Shown in pieces: positions 10,749-20,261 of a stretch of DNA of 64,000 nucleotides. A program made the translations under genes and the position numbers. The notes below the pieces were generated by a model, which made no database searches, was not told the DNA's origin, and saw only the letters and a list, made by a program, of their open reading frames with translations. Within the stretch, counting starts at the first letter, position 1. Every line of letters begins with the position of its first letter. This DNA comes from a candidate division FCPU426 bacterium (GTDB lineage: Bacteria > Oederibacteriota > Muellerivitia > Muellerivitales > Muellerivitaceae), in the NCBI GenBank assembly GCA_963771075.1, contig CAVYSE010000025.1:32001-96000 (forward strand), written 5' to 3'.

Positions 10749-11306
10749 CTATCCCTCTTCGGGCTTGGGCAAACTGCCGGGTTTTTCCCGATTGATCAGG
10801 TTCACGAAATAATCGATGAAGTATTTGTGTTGGAGGTACATGAACTCAAAGAGGGAATCGCGAAGTGGAAAATTTTCTTCGTTCCCCAGGCGGCGCAGGA
10901 CCTCCTTCACGCAATAGTACCTGGGCCCGGGCCCCTTGGGGTCGTCGTCGTTTCTCCAGAATATTTCCAGTTCCCCGACGATATAAAGGATCTCCACGCA
11001 TTTTTCCATGATCTGAGCGCCGTCCTCCAAAACCATTATTCCCTGGCGGCGGAGGGTTTCGACCACGTAATCATCCACCACATCCAATTGGTCCTCGGGC
11101 ATGAGGTTCTTTTCGATATTCTCCTCCTGCATGGTTTGAACCAGGTTGCACGCGCTGAGGGCCACTAAAAGTTTGAGCAGTTCGGCGGGGGGTACCGCCT
11201 GGGCCCGTTTGACCGACTTGAGAAGGATCAGGCTGTCCTGCAGGCCTGTTTTCTCGATTAGATCCTTGGCGATCCTGAGGCTGTCGCCGGTTTGTAATAA
11301 AAGCAT
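10749..11306 (-). CDS. Hypothetical protein
   Basis: 185-aa ORF with protein-like composition, collinear with neighbours. Confidence 0.65.
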   Translation of the reverse strand: MLLLQTGDSLRIAKDLIEKTGLQDSLILLKSVKRAQAVPPAELLKLLVALSACNLVQTMQEENIEKNLMPEDQLDVVDDYVVETLRRQGIMVLEDGAQIMEKCVEILYIVGELEIFWRNDDDPKGPGPRYYCVKEVLRRLGNEENFPLRDSLFEFMYLQHKYFIDYFVNLINREKPGSLPKPEEG

Positions 11307-11419
11307 TGCGGGTTACGCCTTCCAATCCGCACAGGAGTCATCCCGCGCGAAAAGCGACATAGGGTCAGGCTTCTCCCCTCCGGGGGGCGAAACCTTCACG
11401 TTTGATAACATCCTCTATT

Positions 11420-11864
11420 TTACTTGAAGGAGAGCGCTTCTTCCAAAATCTCGTCGGGTAGTCCCCATTCCCGGTAACCCTGCTTGACCTGCATTAAATA
11501 GCCCAGATTGGGTTGCCCTGGGAGGGCGGTCAGGTCGGAAAGCCGGTAACTGTGCGGCCCGAATCTTGTTCCCGTCGTCCATTTCCACCTCCACATCCAA
11601 AGGTTGGTAAGTCCCCTTTTCCACCGCTTCCGCCCGGTCCAAATATTGAATCATGACCTCATCCAGTTCATACAGGGTTCCTGGCACATACCGGGTGGGA
11701 TCAGGGACCAGGTTCACGACGGCCCCCTTCCGTTCCAGGGAATGCCCCATGAAAGCCAGCCGGTAACCCCGCAGGCGGGCCCGGGTATGAGGCCGGTTGC
11801 CCATAAGCCTTCTTTCCATTTGGGCCCGCAGGAGGCTGCTACCATAGGCGAAGTAAAAGGGCAT
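11420..11864 (-). CDS. Gamma-glutamylcyclotransferase family protein, frameshifted at ~11555
   Basis: YFAYGSSL, LRGYRLAF, VPGTLYEL, LDRAE. The alternative frame gives the family-like end PNLGYLMQVKQGYREWGLPDEILEEAL, stop at 11420. Confidence 0.82.
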
Positions 11865-12435
11865 TAAGGGTCGGGAGTGGGGGTTAGGGCAACACCCTCG
11901 GTTTGAGGGGACAACAAGGCGCCGGTAGCGGAAACCTCGCTTTGAAGCGTGACCACCAGGGGAGCCCCGTTTTGGCAGAGCTTGAGAAGGGCAAAACGGT
12001 CCGGTCCGGTGTTTCCCACCGCCAATACCGTTTGATCTCCCTCCCCATGGTTCAAATCGAAATCTTTCTTTAATAGCGTCCCCGGCAATGAGGCCCAAGG
12101 AGGCTCCACCTTCGCGATTTCCGCCGATAAATGCCCCTTCTGGTTCTCATTCCGGTTCGCGGCGGTTAGGAAAAATTTCCAATACCACTGGCTGGGTACC
12201 TTCATGATCAGGAAACGGCATTCGTCCCCGGCCATGACCAAATCATATTTCTTAAAGGGGTCCATCACCGCTGGGTTCTGGAAGGTTCCAGTGATCCCCT
12301 GCTTTTGATCCATAGCGGAAGAGGGTCCCCCCCGAGTTCCTTCGACAGTTCGGAGCAAGATGTGAGGAACGGCAGGATCAGCCCCCACACAAGGAGGATA
12401 ACCCTCCCCTGTTTTCGTTTGATAGAACATGTCAT
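11864..12435 (-). CDS. Lipoprotein of unknown function, frameshifted in a G7 run at 12327-12333
   Basis: Signal peptide/lipobox (ILLVWGLILPFLTSC) in ORF 12265-12450 joins the body of ORF 11864-12478 at the G run; RBS GGGAG. Confidence 0.68.
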
Positions 12436-12477
12436 GATCGATACTCCCAATCCCAGCTCGTTTCGATCCGAGAACCA

Positions 12478-14786
12478 CTAGTTATTCGGACGTTTATCAA
12501 CCGCCCAAGGGCCGTCGAAAAGTTCAATACCCCTCCTCCAGGCCGGGCGTACCCACGGGCTCGGAAACGGGGGTCACAACGTACTGCTTGGGTTCATAGG
12601 TCGTCAACTGGGCCAATGGAAAATAATGGCTTAAGATTTCATTGCATTTTTTTCCCGGCCAGGGCCATTCCGCAGCATCCCACCTGGCACAAGCCTACCC
12701 CGTGGCCCCAACCGCCCCCTTCGATGACGTATTCCAACGGCCATCCCTTGGCGTCATATTGGGGCTCGATCCAGATCAGGCTCGACCTTAAGCCGCCCAG
12801 GAACCTGCGGATGATGTCCCCATGCACGGTTTTTACCCCGCCCGTTCCTTCCACCCGGACCAGCTCGGCCCAGCCGGCCGCCGATCGTTTTTCCACCACC
12901 AGGCGCCGGATGCGCCCCGCCTCGGGAAGCCTTTTTTGCAGGTCCTTGACCGAAACGATGCTTTTCCACCGGTAGTTGGTATACCCCTTTAAGGTAGGAA
13001 GGTGGCAGTAGGCCGGGGGGCTTTCCCGGATCCAATCCCGCAGGCGGGTGGGCGAAAGTGGAAATTCCAACCCCGGGTTTTCATTTTCATCATAATCGGG
13101 CACACCCACCACGGGTTACTTAAAGCCCCAGGCTTCCTCATAATCCTGGGTGTGTCCCCCGCATTGGGCGGAAAAAGCCACCGCCACCACATGGCCGTCC
13201 TTGGTGAGGATCAGACCCGCGGTGGCGTTCACCGCCTGGTTGGTGCTTTCCTGCTCCGCCCGCAGGCCCCGGTAGACCTCGCAATGCACGCTGTCGCAAA
13301 CGTCAAAACCTTCCCCGTTGTGCCTGCCCAGCTTGGATAGCACATAGGTGCGGGCGACGATGGCCTGGGCCCGCAAGGCCTCCGTGGGCCAAAGATACGA
13401 CATCTCGGCGGGCAGAACCCCGGCCGTATAATCCTCCAGGGAAACCCGATTGATGACCTGGAACCCTTCCCCGGGCCGGGGGAAGATTTCCAGGATGCCC
13501 CGGTAGGCCCGGTCCTCCTCGCGGGCGTAAAAGTAACCCGTGTTGGAGGGTACCGCGTGGACCTCTAAAGGGACCCGGGTTTCCCGGGGGGTGAAATAAA
13601 GGCGGTGCCGGAAAGTGATCCAGGTTTTCCCGTGGTGGTCGACCAGGGTCCATTTTTCTTTCCCCGTCCCGTTCTTCGGCGGCGGGAGATAAAAAACCTC
13701 GTAATCACCCGCGGGCAGTTGGGTCACCGCCGTCCCGGCGGGTGTCGCCACTTCCAGGTCGGTGCCACATCGGAACAGCAGGTGCTTCAAACCGGTAAAA
13801 AGCCCCACCCGGATGGTGACCGGGGAGGAGGCGATGGGTGACTCCGGGGGCGCTTTCCAGTTTGCCCATTGCTGCAACCGGGCCACTTGGCGGTGCGTCA
13901 CAACGCTGGGGGCCATCTTGTTTTCCAAGACCGATTCTTTTTTCAATTCTGGGTCGTCTGGCTCGATGGCCAGGGCCTTATCGAACATTTCCACGGCTTC
14001 GGTGTGGCGTTTTTTCAGGGCGAACAACTCGGCGAGGTACCGGTAGGCTTTCTTGGTGCTCCCATCCCGTCGGAGCGCGGCCTGGTATTCGGCCAAGGCC
14101 CGGTCCGAATCGCCCAGGACCCGGCAAACCTCCGCCAACTCGTAACGAGCCAGCGAGTCGTCCGGTTCCAGGTGGGCTAAGTGGGAAAAGAGGTCCCGCG
14201 CCGATTCCAGTTGTTGCTGTTTCTTCTTTCCCAGGGGAACTTTTTTCTGTAAAGCCTGGAACATTCTCAAACGAGCCAAGCCCCAAAGGAGGTCCGGGTC
14301 GTCGGGATGGCTTTGCAAGAGGGTTTCAATGGGGCCTTCCGCTTCCCCCCACCGGCCCATTTGGGCCAAGGCCAAGGCCCAGCGGGCCCGCACGGTCCAA
14401 TCGTCTGTCCGGGATAAATAGTTTTGATAGGCGTCCAAGGCGCCTGGCCAATCCCCCTGACTTTTCCGAAGGTCCGCCAATTCCATATAAAGGGAAGCCT
14501 GGGTTGGGTCTTTTACCAAGTTTTGAAGGATGAAGTCCTGGGCTTGGTTTGCGTTTCCCTGAGCGAACAAGCGCCCCAATTGTAGCGCGATCGATTCGGC
14601 CCGGAGGCTATAGGGAAAAAGGCAAAGACCGAACCATAACATTAAATATCCGTTACGTCCTGGGACCTTCAACAAGGCTGGAATGAAATTTGAGATGGAA
14701 AAGCCCGTTCCCCAGTTAAGGAACGGAGGGGGACCGGCCTTACTTTTGGGCGTACTCAAGGCGTTTGGGCGCCAGGACCGATTCAT
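12478..14786 (-). pseudogene. TPR-repeat + SpoIID/LytB-domain peptidoglycan lytic protein with an in-frame TAA (13116-13118) and an A7 frameshift (12647-12653); true start probably ~14642-14672
   Basis: TPR helices, then YRG..E, LEDYTAGVLPAEM, EALRAQAIVARTY, DVCDSVHCEVY, GGGWGHGVGLCQVG, and after the shift EILSHYFP. Confidence 0.8.
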
Positions 14787-15240
14787 CCCGGGAGGACCAA
14801 TAGCCCGTATTGTCGATGACTTCCAAATTGGGAACGTAGCGCTTCTTCACGTAGTCCAACAGCTTGACCAGCGAGATATGGCCCGCGGGCTCGGCCTGGG
14901 GAAGCGTGGTGGAGGTATGGACCTGATGGAGAAGTTGGCGGACCAAGGGATTTTTACCGCGGCCGGCCGGCGCCTCGGTGCTTTTCTCGTAATAAATATG
15001 GGAAAGATAACCATCCTTGTCGAATGTTAATTGGAGGGGAGTCGAGCCCTTTTGCAGGGTCAACCGGATGCCCTTCAGGGTCAGCCGTCCCGCGGGGGTC
15101 TCGTCCTCATGGGAATAGGCATGGTCCACCATCTCGTGGGCCCATCCGGAAACTTGCGCGATCTCGCGGAACTCTTCCTGCAACTCGCGGACCAATTCAA
15201 GCGATTTGATTTTTCCGAAATAATGAACCGTGGTGGACAT
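14740..15240 (-). CDS. Conserved hypothetical protein
   Basis: Purine-rich RBS; motifs TVHYFG, H..LVKLLDYVKKRY, EVIDNTGYW. Confidence 0.75.
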   Translation of the reverse strand: MSTTVHYFGKIKSLELVRELQEEFREIAQVSGWAHEMVDHAYSHEDETPAGRLTLKGIRLTLQKGSTPLQLTFDKDGYLSHIYYEKSTEAPAGRGKNPLVRQLLHQVHTSTTLPQAEPAGHISLVKLLDYVKKRYVPNLEVIDNTGYWSSRDESVLAPKRLEYAQK

Positions 15241-15261
15241 CTTCCCCCTTTCTCCCTCAAT

Positions 15262-15645
15262 TTAACGACCGACTCGTTCCGTTATCACTTCCGTCCCGAT
15301 CGACGTTTCGTTCAGGATCGCCATCTCAAGCTGGCCGTTTTTCCCGACCGTTGGTTCCTCGGGCAGGTCCCGGAACAATTTCCGGATATTTTTTCCGGCC
15401 TTAAAGGAAACCTTTTTGTAGGGTGGAAGGGCGATGATAAGGTTTCGGCTAAGGTCCCGGCCCTTGCGGCCCGAAACGGTCTTTGTTTGAAAAACGCCAA
15501 AATTCCTGATCTCGATGCGTTGCCCGCTGATCAAAGCGTCTTCCAAGACTTTAACAATGCGGCGGACAACCACTTGCGCGTCAGGCTTGGCAAGTTTTGT
15601 GGTCTTCGCGACGATACCTACGATATCTTGTAGGACGACCTTCAT
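15262..15645 (-). CDS. HU/IHF-family DNA-binding protein (atypical arm, C-terminal extension)
   Basis: ALISGQRIEIRNFGVF...RKGR...VSFKAGKNIR. Confidence 0.85.
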   Translation of the reverse strand: MKVVLQDIVGIVAKTTKLAKPDAQVVVRRIVKVLEDALISGQRIEIRNFGVFQTKTVSGRKGRDLSRNLIIALPPYKKVSFKAGKNIRKLFRDLPEEPTVGKNGQLEMAILNETSIGTEVITERVGR

Positions 15646-15651
15646 GAGCGG

Positions 15652-15681
15652 ATTATACGAATTGCGTTAATTCCATGTCAA
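15652..15681 (-). promoter_or_regulatory. Consensus sigma70 promoter; predicted TSS coincides with the ATG (leaderless)
   Basis: TTGACA-N18-TATAAT-N6-ATG, no SD. Confidence 0.8.
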
Positions 15682-15740
15682 TAAAAGGAAAAATCGTTAT
15701 TTGTTTCAAGGGGGAAGCGAAACATCTCGGCCCAAAGGCG

Positions 15741-16106
15741 TTTTGGCCACCGATACATGGGTTTCACATAGTGGGAAAAGGAAAAGATGCCGAACAATGC
15801 ACTTGGGCTGACCAAGTAAATAACCCTTTGCCTCGGTGGGAGAGGGCATGCCGACCTTCCATGAAGCTTTTAAAGAGGTCGGTATCGTATCGATCACCAT
15901 CATTTAATGAATAGAGGATCGGCACATGCCAACCTTCTCCCCTCAAGGAAGAAGGTGAAAGAAGTCTAAACAGACTTCATTTTGAGCAAGTAACGCCAAA
16001 GCTTTTGTTACGAAAAGAGTCACTGGGGACTGAAAAAAGTGGAACTAATGCCTCTCAAGCTTTTTGTTGGTTTCATCCGATGAATCCCATGCATCTGTCG
16101 CAAAAA
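15741..16106. repeat. Composite intergenic element bounded by 26-bp inverted arms, with nested hairpin elements
   Basis: TTTTGGCCACCGATACATGGGTTTCA vs reverse complement of 16081-16106, TTTTTGCGACAGATGCATGGGATTCA (21/26). Confidence 0.6.
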
Positions 16107-16116
16107 TGATTAGGTC

Positions 16117-16812
16117 TTACGCGGTTTTTCGCCATCGGGAAAACCAGTAGGCCCCGATCCAACCGGCAAGGAAAGTGAAGAGGGCCACGGGTAAGAGATG
16201 GGCCATCCAAACATGGCCTGCTTCCATATTAGGGCAATGCATTTGAATCGTGAGGGAACCCATTAAGAAAGCAGAAGCGCCGCTCCAAGCACCCGTCCAA
16301 AGGGGATGGAAAGCCGCGTTTTTCGAGAGCTTCCAACCCAGGAGGACCCAGGGTAAAAGACCGATCAGGGAAACCGCACGGAAACAGGCCCAACCTTCCA
16401 ACAGTTCTTTCCAGGGGTCGAAGTGGCTGGCGCCATCGTTGAGAAGAAAGAAGGGGAGGGCATAAATAAGGACCAATATTAAAACCGAAATCGCCTTTCG
16501 GGCGGGCCCCTTTTCACGGCCAGGCAGGCTTGAGGCGATCGCTTCCCAAGCGGATAAACCCGCGCCCAGGAAAAGGACCAAGGCATAAAAAATTCCTCCG
16601 GGCCTGGACAGGAGGGTTCCCGAGGGATCCCGGCCCATGATCCAAAGAGCGACAAGGGATAACACCAGGGCCGTTCCAAGCCAGGCAAGCCATTGGATGA
16701 AAGCGGGGGTCACAGCGGGAGCCGCCTTCGATTCAGCCAAGATTTTCCCCACGAGCCCGTCATGAAACCGGCCCATATCCTGGACAGAACGGGTAGGTTT
16801 GGGTGTTTTCAT
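16117..16812 (-). CDS. NrsF/DUF1109-family membrane anti-sigma factor
   Basis: About 6 TM, SSLPG, W-A-C and HCP...H..H motifs; overlaps the sigma stop (ATGA). Confidence 0.85.
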   Translation of the reverse strand: MKTPKPTRSVQDMGRFHDGLVGKILAESKAAPAVTPAFIQWLAWLGTALVLSLVALWIMGRDPSGTLLSRPGGIFYALVLFLGAGLSAWEAIASSLPGREKGPARKAISVLILVLIYALPFFLLNDGASHFDPWKELLEGWACFRAVSLIGLLPWVLLGWKLSKNAAFHPLWTGAWSGASAFLMGSLTIQMHCPNMEAGHVWMAHLLPVALFTFLAGWIGAYWFSRWRKTA

Positions 16813-17402
16813 CGACTTTTCTCCGTCAAGATCTTGCGCAATTCCTTGTAACCCCGATGCGCCCGTACCTTTAAGGCCCCCACCGAAATGCCCAACTGGG
16901 CCGCCGCTTCTTCCAGGGTCAGTCCCCTCATCTTCAATAACTCGACGGCGACCCGATTATCCTGCGGCAGGGCTTGCAGGGCCTGGTGAAGCTCATCGCT
17001 CAAGCTATCGTCTTTTTCTTCCCGAGGATTCTCGGGCAGTTCTTCCGTCAACACTTCCCTTTGGGCGAATTTGCGGTTTTTTTTCATCGCGTCCAGCATG
17101 GAGTTGCGAGCAACCGTGAAAAGCCACGGGCCTAATGGCCTGCCGGGTTCGTAGGAATGCCGGGCCTTGTGCAGGGTTAAGAGCACTTCCTGGTACACAT
17201 CCGGAACCAGTTCCGGGTTGAAGACCCGACGCCGGACGAAGTTATAGAGAACGGGCCCGATCTCATCAAGGAATTGACGGTAACATTCCTGGTCCCCGGC
17301 CTGAATCTTCACCATCATCGCTTCCCAAGATACCCATTGTGCCTTATCCCAGGGGTCCGGTCCCTTTTTGGCCGAAGAATTTGTGATCCGGGGCATTGCC
17401 AC
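16809..17402 (-). CDS. ECF sigma-70 factor (ECF26/SigF-like)
   Basis: DVYQEVLLTLHKARHSY..RPLGPWLFTVARN; region 4 EAAAQLGISVGALKVRAHRG. Confidence 0.93.
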   Translation of the reverse strand: MAMPRITNSSAKKGPDPWDKAQWVSWEAMMVKIQAGDQECYRQFLDEIGPVLYNFVRRRVFNPELVPDVYQEVLLTLHKARHSYEPGRPLGPWLFTVARNSMLDAMKKNRKFAQREVLTEELPENPREEKDDSLSDELHQALQALPQDNRVAVELLKMRGLTLEEAAAQLGISVGALKVRAHRGYKELRKILTEKSR

Positions 17403-17419
17403 TGTTTATCCTTGTAATC

Positions 17420-17445
17420 TACGGTCTCAACGCGACAAAAGTTAC
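17420..17445 (-). promoter_or_regulatory. Putative autoregulatory ECF promoter
   Basis: GTAACT-N16-CGTA directly upstream of the sigma gene, close to the GTAACC-N16-CGAA consensus of the SigF/NrsF group. Confidence 0.72.
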
Positions 17446-17477
17446 ACCTTACGACAAAAGAAAGCCGTTTGCCTTCG

Positions 17478-17566
17478 AGGCTCGACATGCTTGGATGCAC
17501 AGGGTCTTTAACCAGAATCAAAAAAGACTTAAATTCTTATCCAATAAATCCCATGCATCAGTGGCC
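17478..17566. repeat. Copy of the CCAC-GATGCATGGG repeat family just downstream of the chdC stop
   Basis: 17539-17564 ATCCAATAAATCCCATGCATCAGTGG is 22/26 identical to 16075-16100; degenerate partner arm near 17479-17504. Confidence 0.6.
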
Positions 17567-17574
17567 AGTTTTTG

Positions 17575-18309
17575 TTATCCCAGCAAGTCCAAGGCTTGTT
17601 CCGGTTCCAACAGGCGGCAGGTATAGATGGGCGTGTCCCGGACCGTATATTTCGAACCTTGGGTTTCCCTCAAGGCCATGACCAGATCCAGGAAATCCTT
17701 GGGCTCATCCGACTCAAAGGCCACCACAAATTCCTGGTCGTCCAGCCCAAAGCTGTAGGTGGTGTTGAGCTTCACCGTGGGGAACATGGACCCGATCCGA
17801 ATGTGCTCATCCATGACCGATTGGCGTTCTTCCTTCGGCAAGAGATACCATTCGCGGGTTTTCACAAAGGGATAGACGAAGATGTACCTGTATTTCCCGG
17901 GAATAACCTGGTTGCGCGCCCCATCCTGTCCTTCGTGGGTGTGCTTGTCGATGTAGATACTCCTCTTGGTCATGGCCAAATAGGAGGCAGGTGTTTGGAG
18001 ATAGGGTCCCATGGGGCTTTTGATGATTTCCGCACTATGGCGCTGAAAACTGTCCAAGTTGTAGCTGATGCGCCACAGCATCAGGTCCACGTCCGCCCGG
18101 AATCCTACCGTGGAATAAGTTAAGAGGATCCCATCTTGTTTGAAGGATTCAAGAACCTTGACCAGCGATCTTTTGGCGTCTTTTCGATTGGAGTTGGAAA
18201 GCGCCCGAAAATCTTCGGAAACTTTATAAAAAGCGAAATTGACGAATTGCTGTTTTACCGGACCGGCGGGTTTACCGGCGGCAGGATGGGAGGATTGAGG
18301 CTCAGTCAT
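17575..18309 (-). CDS. chdC: Coproheme decarboxylase (ChdC/HemQ, chlorite dismutase superfamily)
   Basis: YPFVK, WY, MDEH, NTTYSFGLDDQEFVVAF; Leu rather than the catalytic Arg of true Cld. Confidence 0.8.
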   Translation of the reverse strand: MTEPQSSHPAAGKPAGPVKQQFVNFAFYKVSEDFRALSNSNRKDAKRSLVKVLESFKQDGILLTYSTVGFRADVDLMLWRISYNLDSFQRHSAEIIKSPMGPYLQTPASYLAMTKRSIYIDKHTHEGQDGARNQVIPGKYRYIFVYPFVKTREWYLLPKEERQSVMDEHIRIGSMFPTVKLNTTYSFGLDDQEFVVAFESDEPKDFLDLVMALRETQGSKYTVRDTPIYTCRLLEPEQALDLLG

Positions 18310-18517
18310 GGTTTCCCCTTCAAGTTTTATTTGCGGGCCGTATTGTAAGGGGGGAAACCCTTAAAAATCAAAAAGCAAACCCACTCGTCATTTAATTACC
18401 TCGGTATTCCGTCACTCTTTAACTAAATGCCTCTAAGCTTTTGGGGCCATGCAAGCTCCACATTGAACAGGGGGTCGCCGAAGGCGGCCCGTGGTAAAAA
18501 CCCATTTTTCTTAGCCC

Positions 18518-20137
18518 CTAAATCTCAATATCGAAATACTTGCAGATCTGGAAGTGGATCTGGTTCCAGGGAAAATCGTCATTACGGATGAGGGTATTCA
18601 GGTTGGAATCGTTTTGCGCCGGCCCATTGGCGTCGCTCCGGACCACTCCCCCGCATTCCAGGGAGGCCGCCCAATCCTCGTTGAAAAACCACTCCAAGCC
18701 CACCGCCGTAAAGAGGGTATTCAAGCGGATGGAGGTACCGCCCTGGCTGGAATTGTAAAAGGCGTATCCGCAAAGCAGGTAGGGACGCCAAACATCCGTT
18801 AGCACGTTCATACGCAAATCCACCTGGCTCGGTAGGAAGCCCTTGTCGATTCCTCCCTCCAGCTGCCAATGTCGGTCATCCGATAGGACCCCGAACTTAA
18901 ACACATTATCCAGGGCGCCGAATTGGGCTCCCAGCATGTAACCGTAATCGGTCGGGTTTTTGATGCTCTTGACTCCCTCGAAACTCTCGAAATATCCACC
19001 GCCATCCTTGGGAACCAGGGTCAGCAATCGCTTGTCTGGCCCGATACCCTGTCGGAGCCAAAGGTACATGTCGTCAATCACCGGGTCATGCTGGTCCAAC
19101 TCATGGTTGCTTCCCCAATCGATGGCGACCTGGGTGCAATCAATGACCGTCAAGCCCTCCAAAATCGTGGCCATACCGCCCCCCTGGCCCAGTCGTTTTT
19201 CTCCCGTCAAATATTGGGACAAGCCCAGGGCTTGGTCCTTCTCGTTGGAATAAACCAGGATGGGATGGCCCCGTTGGACGTAACGGTTCTTGAGGCCGTC
19301 CTCCTGAAGGTAAAGCCTAGTGAATTCCTTGGCGCTGATATCTGGCGCGATCAGGACGATGGATCCGATCTTGGAAATAAACTTGGGATTGATTTGGCCA
19401 AGCGCTTCGCAAAGCAGGTGGGTCCCCATGCTGTGGGCCAGAAGATCTACTTGGCCGGAGGCTGAATGGCCCAATACTTCTTCCAAAAATTCCACGCAAC
19501 GATCGATCTCTTCCTTACCCACCACCTTGGCCGTATCTTTTCGGTAATCCGACACGCTGATAGAGCCCCGGGAAGGCCAGCTATAGAGAATGGGGGTTCC
19601 CTCCAATTGAAGGTCATAGGCGATCTTCGCCATTCTCAGGGATGCGTTTTTAAAACTCGTCCCGAATCCATGGATAAAAACGAAAGTTTTGTTCGAACTT
19701 TCGGCACCACGGAGATCAGCCGTCGTTTCTCCGGTCCCGACAACGATGGATACGCCCGGAACAGGCAGCCCTTGGGGCTCCACAAACTCCAACCATTTCG
19801 AACGCGGATTCTTATTACGGCGGTAAGCGAGTTGAAGCGCGACCCGGCATTGGCCCCAATGGATTTGATTGTCCGCCTGATTGCCGTAATCCGCGCCCCG
19901 GGGCACCCGGTCCGTTCCATAAATCAGGGTCACGCAGGGAACAAGCCGTGGGTTCAATTCATCAGATTGGGACACGGGTTTATCTTGGGCCATAAGATCC
20001 GTCGAGCCATTCCGACCTAACCCAAATGAAGGGACCGCGAATACCGCAAACAAAACCAAGATCAGAAATAACCGTTTCAAACAAAATCCCAAAAGGAAAT
20101 TAAATTTGGCCACAGATATATGGTGATTTTTAAACAT
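18518..20137 (-). CDS. Secreted DUF900-type alpha/beta hydrolase with a C-terminal beta-barrel-like domain
   Basis: Signal peptide, YGTDR, FVFIHGF, YSWPS, AHSMG, APDI; C-terminal amphipathic beta-strands. Confidence 0.8.
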   Translation of the reverse strand: MFKNHHISVAKFNFLLGFCLKRLFLILVLFAVFAVPSFGLGRNGSTDLMAQDKPVSQSDELNPRLVPCVTLIYGTDRVPRGADYGNQADNQIHWGQCRVALQLAYRRNKNPRSKWLEFVEPQGLPVPGVSIVVGTGETTADLRGAESSNKTFVFIHGFGTSFKNASLRMAKIAYDLQLEGTPILYSWPSRGSISVSDYRKDTAKVVGKEEIDRCVEFLEEVLGHSASGQVDLLAHSMGTHLLCEALGQINPKFISKIGSIVLIAPDISAKEFTRLYLQEDGLKNRYVQRGHPILVYSNEKDQALGLSQYLTGEKRLGQGGGMATILEGLTVIDCTQVAIDWGSNHELDQHDPVIDDMYLWLRQGIGPDKRLLTLVPKDGGGYFESFEGVKSIKNPTDYGYMLGAQFGALDNVFKFGVLSDDRHWQLEGGIDKGFLPSQVDLRMNVLTDVWRPYLLCGYAFYNSSQGGTSIRLNTLFTAVGLEWFFNEDWAASLECGGVVRSDANGPAQNDSNLNTLIRNDDFPWNQIHFQICKYFDIEI

Positions 20138-20261
20138 ATTTTAAAATGCCTTTTCTTTGGCCTGTCCGGGCGTGCGAAGCTCATCCCATGAATCCGTTGC
20201 TGATTAACAATGATGACTTGCTTTTTTTATCCAAATCCCGCCCTCGAAGAGTCTCAAAGCG

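Noticed and set aside
13116..13118. Alternative genetic code or stop read-through
   Set aside because: Single case; TAA, TAG and TGA all terminate conserved genes at the expected positions
15675..15946. Small ORFs in the HU-nrsF spacer
   Set aside because: They overlap the repeat and hairpin structures and the HU promoter; no coding signal
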